Virus record (IMG/VR): IMGVR_UViG_3300016722_000003
Span: 1-55,269 of that record
Direction: 5' to 3' (one strand)
DNA: 55,269 nucleotides
Source of the DNA: a virus
Lineage: Duplodnaviria > Caudoviricetes
Positions 36,844-45,801 of this stretch are shown here, piece by piece. The notes under the pieces are model-generated. The model saw only the letters and a program-made list of their open reading frames with translations. It had not been told where the DNA came from and ran no database searches. How positions within the stretch are numbered: position 1 is the stretch's first letter; each line of letters begins with the position of its first letter. The position numbers and the translations under genes are program-made.

Positions 36844-37083
36844 TCAATCCTTTATTTTATGTTGGAAATGCGTTTTTTCAAAATTATAAGATAGCCACAT
36901 AAAATGCCAATTTTTACATTTATACCCTTGGTCTCCTTGCGATGTAGCATCAAATTTTTCCCAAGGTTCTCCACAAACAGGACATTTACCATTGTTCCAA
37001 CTTTTCCTTTCAGACAAGTACTGCAGGAGTAATGGTGAAACTAATATCAGCAATGCAACAATGAATGCTATCAGAGAAATCAA
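36844..37083 (-). CDS. Small membrane protein with zinc ribbon
   Basis: N-terminal TM helix; WNNG.CP.CG...Y.C..H. Confidence 0.7.
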   Translation of the reverse strand: MISLIAFIVALLILVSPLLLQYLSERKSWNNGKCPVCGEPWEKFDATSQGDQGYKCKNWHFMWLSYNFEKTHFQHKIKD

Positions 37084-37409
37084 TTAGTTTCTTCCTCAAC
37101 TTCTACTTTTTCATAGGTCTTTTCAAAGATATCAGGTTTACAAGGATACAGTTCACCGTTAACACCCTGAATAATATAATCACCAACAGATGCCGCCATT
37201 ACTCCTTCTAGCGTTTCAATAATCAGTTTCTCCCTTACAGTAAATTTCAAATCAGAAGTTTCAGTTTCCACAATAAGTTTCAAATCTCCACTTTCAAGTG
37301 CCTTGGATATAAAGCAAGGTAGTTTATTACCCTTAATCATTGTAATTAGGCATTTTGGCCCATCATATTTAAATGCTTCAATTACCACTGGCTTTTTGCG
37401 ATATTTCAT
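37080..37409 (-). CDS. Conserved phage protein (KKPV...GDYII...YPCKPDIF family)
   Basis: MKYRKKPVVIEAF, TLEG.M.A..GDYII.G..GE.YPCKPDIFEKTYE. Confidence 0.8.
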   Translation of the reverse strand: MKYRKKPVVIEAFKYDGPKCLITMIKGNKLPCFISKALESGDLKLIVETETSDLKFTVREKLIIETLEGVMAASVGDYIIQGVNGELYPCKPDIFEKTYEKVEVEEETN

Positions 37410-37767
37410 TTTTACCATTCTCCTTTTTAATTTCTTTTATCTTTTCTTTATTTATGTACCCTTTTAACAAACCGTTTTTGCTAAATTTAGCCATTCCGAT
37501 AATTTCCATTTTCTCATTATCAGGTATTCCATTTACATCAACGCAAGGAAATAGTTCAAAACCATTCCAAACAAAGACAATTCCCGTTATTGCAACTCTT
37601 GAGTATTCACCATCAAAACCAAGATAATTTTTCACCTTCCTAAGTACAGTTTTCTTTTGTACAAGAAATCTTCTGTAACTTCCATCGGATAGTTTAAGAC
37701 CAACTAAATGATTGATACATATATCATCTTTATTTTTATCTTTAAGTCCAGTTTTTATTAGCTTCAT
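37378..37767 (-). CDS. YopX-like phage protein
   Basis: TGLKDKN..DI and EIIG motifs. Confidence 0.5.
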   Translation of the reverse strand: MKLIKTGLKDKNKDDICINHLVGLKLSDGSYRRFLVQKKTVLRKVKNYLGFDGEYSRVAITGIVFVWNGFELFPCVDVNGIPDNEKMEIIGMAKFSKNGLLKGYINKEKIKEIKKENGKNEISQKASGN

Positions 37768-37782
37768 TTGTTCACTATACTC

Positions 37783-38193
37783 TCATCTCAATATTTTGGG
37801 TACAAAGGTTACTATATCTTCCACGTTAAATGCTTTTTTGCAATTTGGACACACCGGGGAATACTTACCACTTCTTATTTCGCTTTCTAAGCGTTTTATT
37901 GATTTAAGCCACGGCTTATAATTAGCTAGTTCTTGCGCTTGCTTTTTCAAAGCCCTTATTTCTGCATTCCGTTCTTCTTGAATTTTCATTAATATTTCCA
38001 ATACTTCAAACGAATCTACAGGATTGCCGCAATGCTCACAAAACACTTCTCTATTTTCAAAATCAATACTAAAATTTGGTTTCTTTCTACCTTCGTAGCT
38101 ATACTCATAGCACTGACACTTTTTAGGTCTTTTGCTCCTTAAAAAAGTTGTTATCTGTAAAACGTTTTCAGGTAATTTATCCATGCTTACCAC
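37783..38193 (-). CDS. Zinc-binding phage protein
   Basis: C.C, CEHCG and CPNC motifs with a coiled coil. Confidence 0.7.
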   Translation of the reverse strand: MVSMDKLPENVLQITTFLRSKRPKKCQCYEYSYEGRKKPNFSIDFENREVFCEHCGNPVDSFEVLEILMKIQEERNAEIRALKKQAQELANYKPWLKSIKRLESEIRSGKYSPVCPNCKKAFNVEDIVTFVPKILR

Positions 38194-38246
38194 TCCTTAG
38201 CACGCAGTTATCAAGTATTCCTTGACAGCTGTTATTGTTATCTCCC

Positions 38247-38660
38247 CTAAAACGGAATTTCTTCATCAAATCTCGTCTGCCCGAATGCGTCCATAGCACT
38301 TTCGTTTTGCTCACTTGCATTTTGCGTTTTTTGCAAATTGCTATCTCTACGCTCGATAAACTTAACGCTGTTAGCAATTACCTCGGTAACGTATTTCTTT
38401 TCGCCGTTTTTAGCTGTGTAACTGCGTATCTGCAAACGGCCTTCAACAAGAAGTCTATGACCCTTGGCCAGACTATTCCCACACAATTCAGCAGCTTTAC
38501 CCCATACCACTATGTTAATAAAATCAGCTTCTTTTGTGCCATTTTGACTAGCAAACTGTCTATCTACTGCCAAAGTAAACGTGCACACGGTCTTATCACT
38601 CGGAGTCACGCGAACTTCCGGATCACGAGTTAACCGCCCAAACAATATTATTTTATTCAT
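38247..38660 (-). CDS. ssb: Single-stranded DNA-binding protein
   Basis: MNKIILFGRLTRDPE, FTLAVDR, EGRLQIRSY and C-terminal DEEIPF. Confidence 0.97.
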   Translation of the reverse strand: MNKIILFGRLTRDPEVRVTPSDKTVCTFTLAVDRQFASQNGTKEADFINIVVWGKAAELCGNSLAKGHRLLVEGRLQIRSYTAKNGEKKYVTEVIANSVKFIERRDSNLQKTQNASEQNESAMDAFGQTRFDEEIPF

Positions 38661-38682
38661 TTAAAATTCTCCTCATCTATAC

Positions 38683-38934
38683 TCACTCCTTAGGCATACT
38701 ATAAAAAACGTTATTCGCCGTTACATCACATTTATAGCCTAACCGAGTGTTTACTTTGTTTGAAAATTCTTTTACAACTTCACAGGCTCTTGCACTGTCC
38801 GTGTATTGACCAAGAACAATAGCATCTTTCTGAAACCCTGTTAAAGATAGTACAACTTCCTTATCACGAGTAAATAATCTGCCACTAGCATTGCTCCATA
38901 AAACCTCACCGTCTTGTGTCTCTATAACTATCAT
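38683..38934 (-). CDS. Hypothetical phage protein
   Basis: I.TQDG, LG.Y....RA and Y.MP.E pattern; RBS present. Confidence 0.7.
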   Translation of the reverse strand: MIVIETQDGEVLWSNASGRLFTRDKEVVLSLTGFQKDAIVLGQYTDSARACEVVKEFSNKVNTRLGYKCDVTANNVFYSMPKE

Positions 38935-39216
38935 CTATTTTTTCTCCCTGTCCTTTTGGGGATAATTCATATGGAATATTACTTTTAAAACCTGTGATAG
39001 CTCAACCCACTCAACACCGTTTTTATCTATCATTACGTTCCTGCGAAACTCATCATATTCTTTAGTATGCCTACCACACTTCCACGGCACATTAAGGCAG
39101 ACGTTAGGACACGTTTCACGTTTATCACACTCATAACAACATTTATTGTTGTTTGCACTGTCTTTACAAGCCAAGTAGCTTGCCGGTGCAGGGCAAAACT
39201 CTCTTTTCTTTCTCAC
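38935..39216 (-). CDS. Cys-rich hypothetical protein
   Basis: CC..C.....C...C.N....C cluster. Confidence 0.65.
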   Translation of the reverse strand: MRKKREFCPAPASYLACKDSANNNKCCYECDKRETCPNVCLNVPWKCGRHTKEYDEFRRNVMIDKNGVEWVELSQVLKVIFHMNYPQKDREKK

Positions 39217-39230
39217 TCCACTGCGCCTCC

Positions 39231-39569
39231 TTATTTATCTATGCCTTCCTTTTTGAAAATTTCTAGCAGCTTAGGGAATTGTAAAGCAATCCAGTCAACG
39301 CATTCTTCATTTTTTGCCCAATTACAATTTGCTTTTAGCCCGCTTTCATAAAGCATGGCATGAATTATTTCATGTCTCAGAATTCGCATCGTAATATTAT
39401 TCAAATCACTTAGTGACATTTTGCTATCTTTAACAAATTTGCCACATACAATGGTTCTAATAGTACAATCGCAATAGCCATCAACTTCGGTAAGCTTATC
39501 ATCCTCTGATTCTTTTCTAAATTCTATTTTCCACTCTTCGCCCAAAATATTAATTGTTTTATTTTCCAC
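39231..39569 (-). CDS. Small HEXXH zincin-like phage protein
   Basis: LRHEIIHAML.ESG...NEE.VDWIA.Q.PK. Confidence 0.75.
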   Translation of the reverse strand: MENKTINILGEEWKIEFRKESEDDKLTEVDGYCDCTIRTIVCGKFVKDSKMSLSDLNNITMRILRHEIIHAMLYESGLKANCNWAKNEECVDWIALQFPKLLEIFKKEGIDK

Positions 39570-39573
39570 ATTT

Positions 39574-40371
39574 TCACTCCCGTTCGATTTCCTCTTTTAA
39601 AGATTTTATGTCTTTTAAAACACCCTTCATATTCTCGGAAGTTCTATCCATGACTCCAAAAAAACCACTAAAATCACGTATCCGCTCCAATAGCTTTAGT
39701 TTTTTTATCTGCCTATCAGTAGGCGCCCAACCTAATAAGTCAATACCTGTTTCACTTCTCACTTTGGCAAGGGTTTCCTTAATATTATCCAGTTCTGCCT
39801 TGGCATCTTTCGTGGCTGTAAGGCCTCGTTCCCACCTTTCGTTTGCCAGCGCCCTAGCTACTCCGTTTTTAACACCTTCATCAATTATTTCGCCTGCGTT
39901 TTGCAGGTAAGCTCTCTCTTGTGCTCTCAAAAGTGCAGCCACAAAATTCATTGTTATAGAAGTTTTCTCCAATTTCTCAGCTTGTTTTTTTATTCTCAGG
40001 GATCCGGACTCGACATTATACTCGATTATTCCCCAAGGCAATGGTATCTGCATGTCTTTAGTTAATCCTTTCGGCACGACCAAGAACCATGTATCACAAA
40101 ACTTGCAAACGGCCTCTGCTTTGGCCCCATTATCTAATTCATGTTTTAAATCGCTCCTAGAAATCTTTATTTCAAAGCCTCTGAGTTCATTACCCCTTGA
40201 TGGATACATATTAAGAGCAACAGCGTCTGCATGACGAGTACAATTACCACCGGTACCGTTACCAACCTCGAACCCTAAACACCACTCCGGAGGTTGATAA
40301 AATTTAGACAATGCCTTGCGTATATCATCTGCAGTTATATTTTGAGTGCTCACATCCTCACTCCCATTCAA
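39574..40371 (-). CDS. PD-(D/E)XK nuclease-like protein (MmcB-like)
   Basis: FEV, R.ADA and GFEIKISRSD motifs plus a coiled-coil tail. Confidence 0.7.
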   Translation of the reverse strand: MNGSEDVSTQNITADDIRKALSKFYQPPEWCLGFEVGNGTGGNCTRHADAVALNMYPSRGNELRGFEIKISRSDLKHELDNGAKAEAVCKFCDTWFLVVPKGLTKDMQIPLPWGIIEYNVESGSLRIKKQAEKLEKTSITMNFVAALLRAQERAYLQNAGEIIDEGVKNGVARALANERWERGLTATKDAKAELDNIKETLAKVRSETGIDLLGWAPTDRQIKKLKLLERIRDFSGFFGVMDRTSENMKGVLKDIKSLKEEIERE

Positions 40372-40550
40372 ATTAAAAGTTTTAATATTTTCACCTTAGC
40401 CTTAGTGCCTTTTGGTGCTCTGCGAATACGGGTACTAATGCTATTACTTGTAACTCCAAGATAAACAGCAGCGGCATCCCTGGTATCAAAAATACCAAGT
40501 GGCAGTTCGTACTTATCGTTAGTCACCACTGCGTAGGCCTTTCGTCTCAT
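40368..40550 (-). CDS. Small HTH DNA-binding protein
   Basis: DKYELP..IFDT...AA.YLGV. Confidence 0.7.
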   Translation of the reverse strand: MRRKAYAVVTNDKYELPLGIFDTRDAAAVYLGVTSNSISTRIRRAPKGTKAKVKILKLLI

Positions 40551-40893
40551 TTTCCCGCCCCCTCATGCGTTCAAGTTGCCGTTCTAACTTCTTGACTAAG
40601 GCATCCCTGTACTCTTCACTTTTCCCTTCTTCTTGCAACACAATTTTGCATTGCAATAGCATGATTTCTACATCAGCAACTTCCTCTAAAAAGTTATTGC
40701 TTGCTTTATTGGAACTTATGCTATCTTGATTATTCCTAAATAGTTTATTAATTGCTACGATTAGTTCGGCGCACTCCTCTTGAGTTTGCCTTAACTGTTT
40801 CTCTTTTCCGTAATGTTTATAAATTTTTAAAACCGATGTATGTTCATAGGCTTTATAATACTGTTCAATTAAAAGTTTTTTTTCGTCTATCAT
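40519..40893 (-). CDS. MazG-like nucleotide pyrophosphohydrolase
   Basis: Q....EECAEL..AINK...EEVADV.IML.Q. Confidence 0.8.
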   Translation of the reverse strand: MIDEKKLLIEQYYKAYEHTSVLKIYKHYGKEKQLRQTQEECAELIVAINKLFRNNQDSISSNKASNNFLEEVADVEIMLLQCKIVLQEEGKSEEYRDALVKKLERQLERMRGRENETKGLRSGD

Positions 40894-40894
40894 T

Positions 40895-41116
40895 TTATTT
40901 AAATTCCTTCTTTGCCTGTAGATCTGTATTCATTTCATCTATTTGTGCATGGAGTTCTTGAATGGAAGCAAACTCTTCATTCGACATACTATATAAGTCA
41001 GCGGCGAAATAGCCCACGTCATGCTTAATCCACGTATGGTCTGGTTTATAATATTCAAAGCCGTTTCTCTTGAGCCATTCTCGGCGTTTCTCTATCTTTT
41101 TATTCCTCATTGTCAA
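40895..41116 (-). CDS. Hypothetical protein
   Basis: Packed in the early operon. Confidence 0.55.
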   Translation of the reverse strand: MTMRNKKIEKRREWLKRNGFEYYKPDHTWIKHDVGYFAADLYSMSNEEFASIQELHAQIDEMNTDLQAKKEFK

Positions 41117-41276
41117 AGTCTCCCTTGTTAAACTTGCGGATTATTTCATGCAGAGCATGGGCTCTACCAAGCTCATAATAATACTCAGCACTATCAGCAT
41201 GGACACTGATTGAATTCATATGAGCTTCACGGTCATGTTTAATTAAAAATTTCTTTAGTTTTTCTCGGTCAATCAT
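41100..41276 (-). CDS. Hypothetical 58-aa protein (MIDREKLKKF...), not in the ORF track
   Basis: Translated by hand; AAGGAG RBS upstream; fills the operon gap. Confidence 0.6.
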   Translation of the reverse strand: MIDREKLKKFLIKHDREAHMNSISVHADSAEYYYELGRAHALHEIIRKFNKGDFDNEE

Positions 41277-41444
41277 TCACACTCAACTCCTTCCCTTCCG
41301 CAAATAGATTCATTTCCAGTGTGCAACTTGGACTAAGGTAAATCGTTTCCTCACTACTGCCACCTGCTGACGTTGCAACATGCTAACTATCCAATCTGCT
41401 AAACGCCACTTTGCACCCGGCCACCTTAAAATTGGTTCCGGCAT
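41269..41444 (-). pseudogene. Internally deleted DNA adenine methyltransferase (Dam/D12 class) remnant
   Basis: N-terminus MPEPILRWPGAKWRLADWIVSML joined out of frame to a C-terminus-like ...EETIYLSPSCTLEMNLF; catalytic DPPY region absent. Confidence 0.7.
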
Positions 41445-41478
41445 TTCAATGCCCCTTTTCATATTTATCTTCCAACTT

Positions 41479-42396
41479 TTATACAACTTGTTCTGCTACT
41501 TTTAATGCAATCGTACGAATTAATTCATTGATGAGAATTGATTGATTACCACCATATTTAAGCTCAACGTTAGTAACTAATTTCCCAATTTCAATCTCTG
41601 AGAGACTCATGCGTATATCCGAAAGATACTTACGCACCATCTCAAACTTTTCTTCGTTATCAAGAACCTTCACTTCATGTTTTAATGAAAATCTGCGAAG
41701 TAGAGCCTCATCTATTCTGTCTTTTCTATTAGTAGCTCCTATTACGATGATATCGTTGGTAAGTTTGTCGAACTCTTGCATCATAGTGATAGTTATACGT
41801 GCCATTTCTCCGTCAACATTGCTTGAAGCCGAAGATGAACGTCTTATGCTGATACAATCTATTTCATCCAACATAAGCACACACGGATTAGATATTGCAT
41901 ATGCAAACGCTTTGCTAATGTTTTTCGATGTATTTCCCATATACGAATCAACCAAGTTAGAAAAATTCAAATAACAAAACGAAAGCCCCATTTTATACGC
42001 AATATATCTCCCAAAAGTAGTTTTCCCGGTGCCGCTTTCTCCGTATAAAAGAGTTGAATTTAAATAAGGGATGCTCATTTCCATCAACTTTTCACTAACC
42101 TTTTTCATACGGATTATATTCTCAAAAACTTTCTTCTCTCGAACAGAAAGAAAATATCTACCTTCTTTAAATGAATTTGAAACATCTTCTACGCATAGAA
42201 TATTTTTCAAATCGTAAGGCAGTTCCATCATGTTGCTTCCTGACGATTCTAAAATGTTTTTATACTTAGTACAAAAACATTTGTTTTTAGTAGTAGTATC
42301 TTCGGTAATGCAAGCAATGGCACATTTTTTAGCCGACATAATGTCATTTTGCGATACTGATTGAATTAATCTTTTTTGGTTTTCTGATAATCCCAC
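41479..42396 (-). CDS. AAA+ ATPase
   Basis: LLYGESGTGKT, LMLDEID and GATNR...D.ALLRRF. Confidence 0.9.
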   Translation of the reverse strand: MGLSENQKRLIQSVSQNDIMSAKKCAIACITEDTTTKNKCFCTKYKNILESSGSNMMELPYDLKNILCVEDVSNSFKEGRYFLSVREKKVFENIIRMKKVSEKLMEMSIPYLNSTLLYGESGTGKTTFGRYIAYKMGLSFCYLNFSNLVDSYMGNTSKNISKAFAYAISNPCVLMLDEIDCISIRRSSSASSNVDGEMARITITMMQEFDKLTNDIIVIGATNRKDRIDEALLRRFSLKHEVKVLDNEEKFEMVRKYLSDIRMSLSEIEIGKLVTNVELKYGGNQSILINELIRTIALKVAEQVV

Positions 42397-42414
42397 GTTA
42401 AAATCTCCTCACTT

Positions 42415-43251
42415 TTATATGGCAATATCCCTAAGTCTCATATTTTTTTTAATGTCCTTACCAACCTCAATAGAGCTGAGCTTAGCCAACTGATATATTC
42501 TGCTGCCTACGGCTTCATCACAAGCAACAATATCTTTTAAAAATAATTCGCTGCTAATTATTGTCGCAAGCTTCTTGTTATACCTGTAATTAAGAATTTC
42601 AAAAGCCACGTTAATATCGGCAGCAGTCGGCCTCTTCCCACGTTCAACCTTGAAAAAATCATCCACATATAGGATTGGGACTTCCTTCAAAGGCTCTATC
42701 AAAGCCGTGTATTCCTGCTCGCTATTTACGCAAGCCTTAATCTTTACAACCTCATCACGCCACAGCATGTATTTGCCTTGTAAGTTCGTCTTCTTAATCA
42801 GCTCCACAAATACTCCTGAGCACAATAAAGTCTTGCCACAGCCTACCTGTCCGCCCACATAAAGCCATTTTTTATTATGGTCTGCTATGTAGTTTTTTGC
42901 TGTTAAAAGCATTCTCTTTTGCCAAGGCTCAGAAGGAACAAAATCTGTAAGTCTAATATCACAATCCACACCGCTTTCGGACATTTGCCTTAATGACCTG
43001 CGAACAGCTTGACAACCACACTCTTGTACAGCGATTGAATATCTTCCGTTACCGCTATCAACCACCACACAGTTCCACCCTCTGTTCTTGCAGATGTGAC
43101 AGTCATAACCTTTTAGGTCACCATTGCAACTGTTAAACTTTTCAGCCTCGTATTTAGCTGTCTCAGCACTATTAAACCCTTGTGATGTGCGACATAATCC
43201 CGGTAAATTCATTCTCCCCACTTTGCTCAGTAATACCGCTAGCTTTGTCAT
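42415..43251 (-). CDS. DnaC/IstB-like helicase loader
   Basis: C..C..RG..C.C zinc motif, GQVGCGKT, LYVDD, ILNYRYN....IISSE; ATG behind GAGGT. Confidence 0.9.
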   Translation of the reverse strand: MTKLAVLLSKVGRMNLPGLCRTSQGFNSAETAKYEAEKFNSCNGDLKGYDCHICKNRGWNCVVVDSGNGRYSIAVQECGCQAVRRSLRQMSESGVDCDIRLTDFVPSEPWQKRMLLTAKNYIADHNKKWLYVGGQVGCGKTLLCSGVFVELIKKTNLQGKYMLWRDEVVKIKACVNSEQEYTALIEPLKEVPILYVDDFFKVERGKRPTAADINVAFEILNYRYNKKLATIISSELFLKDIVACDEAVGSRIYQLAKLSSIEVGKDIKKNMRLRDIAI

Positions 43252-44065
43252 GAACAACCTCGTCTTTCCAACGCTCACCGTTTAAGTAACTAGCAGGGTT
43301 GGGAAGAAAGCCATCTTTCCACCCTCTTGTGCGTTTCATGTATTCAATATTTTTCAAAATTTCTTGTAATAACTCATCAGTCATTTTAAGTTTTTTAAAG
43401 GCCTTTACTGCTGCAATCCTAGCCACTCTCTTGGGATACGCTTCCCAGAAAGTATTAAAATTAACGTCGTCCTGTGTCGTGGAATGGTTACTTACCTGCT
43501 TGCTTGCAGGTTCAGATCCTTGGGCCGTTTCAACCGGTAGGTTCTCGGCAGGAAAATCGTTGACTGATATGTTTTTATTATTTAACTCTATATCTTTAAT
43601 CTCTATACTCTGGTGGAGATTTGTCGGTACATTTTGCGGACATTCGTCGGACATTTGTCCCACTGTTTGACCTAACATCAACTTCTTTTCTTCTTGTATC
43701 TTGCTCCTATAAACTCTCTTTCTATCTGCCTCAGTGCTACTTTCGCCAATAAAACTTTGAATGTCCGCCATGTACATAGCACCATTATCCAAAATCTCAA
43801 TTAGGCCTAACTCCTCGAATATCTTCAAAGACTTTTCCACCACACCAACGCTCACCCTAGCAACGTTTGCTATCATTTGTGGACTATAAGGAATTCTATT
43901 ATTCAGCATTAATTTGCCATTGCTCTTTAAACTTCGTAAATAAAGTTTAAGTAGAATATTTGAATATATATATCCGTCCGGCATACTCTCCAACAAAATC
44001 ATTGGATCTGAATCAAAGAAACCTTCTTTAAGCTTTAGATAATAATAATGTTTTTTATCGCTCAT
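43172..44065 (-). CDS. Phage replisome organiser / replication initiator
   Basis: YYYLKLKE.FF.S..M..LE.MPDG..Y N-terminal domain; FW.AYPK and P..YLNGERW.DE C-terminal domain. Confidence 0.9.
   Translation of the reverse strand: MSDKKHYYYLKLKEGFFDSDPMILLESMPDGYIYSNILLKLYLRSLKSNGKLMLNNRIPYSPQMIANVARVSVGVVEKSLKIFEELGLIEILDNGAMYMADIQSFIGESSTEADRKRVYRSKIQEEKKLMLGQTVGQMSDECPQNVPTNLHQSIEIKDIELNNKNISVNDFPAENLPVETAQGSEPASKQVSNHSTTQDDVNFNTFWEAYPKRVARIAAVKAFKKLKMTDELLQEILKNIEYMKRTRGWKDGFLPNPASYLNGERWKDEVVHDKASGITEQSGENEFTGIMSHITRV
43561..43660. other. Putative phage replication origin inside the initiator gene
   Basis: About 11-bp-period repeats (gtcggtacatt, tgcggacatt, gtcggacatt, tgtcc) at 43620-43660 next to an AT/purine-skewed tract. 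Confidence 0.55.
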
Positions 44066-44075
44066 GTTATTCCCC

Positions 44076-44795
44076 CTATGCCAAAGAAACAGGGCAACCG
44101 GTTGCGGCTATTACTTCACGTTTGAACCGTTCACCGTCACCGTTATTTTTTGACAAATGTATAAGTATTATTTCATCTACATTAGACAGGTCATTAGAGC
44201 GCAAAAACCTCATGCAATTTTCTAAATTCATGTGGCTTTTTAATATTCTGTTCTTTCGCTTGCTATCAACTACGCCCCTGTCAATCATTTCGTTTAAAAC
44301 GTCCATAGCGTAGTTGCACTCGATCATAATGTGAGTCAAACCTCGAAAACGGTATGGGATGTAATATGTATCCGTTGCAAAGAGCAGCTTCTCTCTTGTA
44401 ACACGATTAAAAATAAGAAAAGATAACGGCTCCTCAGCATCATGCAGTGCCTCAAAAGGCAGTACCGTCCAATCTCCTATATCGAATTTCTGCAAAGCTT
44501 TTATTATATGCAATCTTCCTACACTAATACCCTTGTCAAAAATTCCTAAAGCCTCGGCCGTTCCTTTAGAGCAATAACAATCTACGCCCCAGTCCATGAC
44601 CTCTAAAATCGCTTTAGCATGGTCTTTATGCTCGTGTGTTATCAAACACCCAAGCGTACTGCTTAAACTAAATTTCAAGGCTTTTACAATCTCTTTAATT
44701 GGTATTCCGCACTCTAGTAATAGTGGTGAATTGTTATTAGCAGTTATCCGGTAGCAATTACCACTGCTACCGGACGCTATTGTCTTAATTTCCAT
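44076..44795 (-). CDS. Metallo-beta-lactamase-fold nuclease
   Basis: ASGSSGNCY, THEHKDH, HDA, TDT, IECNY, SH and HLS motifs. Confidence 0.92.
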   Translation of the reverse strand: MEIKTIASGSSGNCYRITANNNSPLLLECGIPIKEIVKALKFSLSSTLGCLITHEHKDHAKAILEVMDWGVDCYCSKGTAEALGIFDKGISVGRLHIIKALQKFDIGDWTVLPFEALHDAEEPLSFLIFNRVTREKLLFATDTYYIPYRFRGLTHIMIECNYAMDVLNEMIDRGVVDSKRKNRILKSHMNLENCMRFLRSNDLSNVDEIILIHLSKNNGDGERFKREVIAATGCPVSLA

Positions 44796-44797
44796 AA

Positions 44798-45769
44798 TTA
44801 AAAATCCATCTTTGGTTCTTTAACCCTAACCGCTACTGCTTCCCCTTGTGCAATACTTACTCCCTGTACTTGGGGCATGCTAGGTTGCTGCTCAATTTTC
44901 TTTGGCTCTTCCTTCTTTGGCTCTTCTGGAATAATATCAATAACAGGGCCATTTTCATGATCATTTACAGCTTCAGTAAGTTCTAACTCCGCTCCCTCAT
45001 TCTCATAACTCACTAAAGCCCTATAATTATCATCAATCTTTTTGGGATCAATGAGCACGCCTTTACAACCGTTTATGATTACTGTCTTTAACGCCATTTC
45101 ATCCGGCCATTTATCCCAAAAAACTTTTGAGGTCGCACAAGCCTTTCGTTTATTAATCTGTTCCATATTCATGTAAGTTAACGTATTCTTGGTTTTATTA
45201 CCATACGCTATATAACAGAACCCACCAACAACCGCCCCTCTATCAAAAGGACTGGTTATTTCAAATTCATAACTGTCATATTCATGCGCAGAGTCTTTTT
45301 TATGTACAGTGAATTTGTCATTTGCGTGTATCAAGTCCTTAGCTATATCTTCAATAACATCATAGGCATACTTTCTTACCTTTATTTCATAACCCGTATA
45401 CCCTTCTTGAAATGTTAAAGTGTATTTTTTGTAATTACTGTTCCAACGTGGGATAGCTGATAAATGATTGGGAATATTCATATCAAGCCCGATTTTAGAA
45501 TAAACGACTATTTTTTGAGCTAATATCTCATCTATAACCACGTTGTTCCACGTGAATGATGCTTGATCCGTTTTTCCGTCTTTGATTCTTTTTGCTTCCG
45601 CAGTCGCTAAGGCATTATTACACCCCATAAAATAACCCTGTATAATACCTCGTTGAGCCTCAGTAGTCTTAAATTCCCCTATATTACTTGTAAACTGTTT
45701 CATAACTATATTCGTAAACCGCTCAGCAACGGTTTCATTTTTTCTAGTATCTTTACTTGTGTCTGCCAT
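44798..45769 (-). CDS. recT: RecT-family single-strand annealing protein
   Basis: GY.G, RG.VVG.F and W.KW.DEMALKTV motifs; between the SMC-like and MBL genes. Confidence 0.85.
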   Translation of the reverse strand: MADTSKDTRKNETVAERFTNIVMKQFTSNIGEFKTTEAQRGIIQGYFMGCNNALATAEAKRIKDGKTDQASFTWNNVVIDEILAQKIVVYSKIGLDMNIPNHLSAIPRWNSNYKKYTLTFQEGYTGYEIKVRKYAYDVIEDIAKDLIHANDKFTVHKKDSAHEYDSYEFEITSPFDRGAVVGGFCYIAYGNKTKNTLTYMNMEQINKRKACATSKVFWDKWPDEMALKTVIINGCKGVLIDPKKIDDNYRALVSYENEGAELELTEAVNDHENGPVIDIIPEEPKKEEPKKIEQQPSMPQVQGVSIAQGEAVAVRVKEPKMDF

Positions 45770-45801
45770 AATCTTTCTCTCCTTTATGTCTTCTAAAATT
45801 T

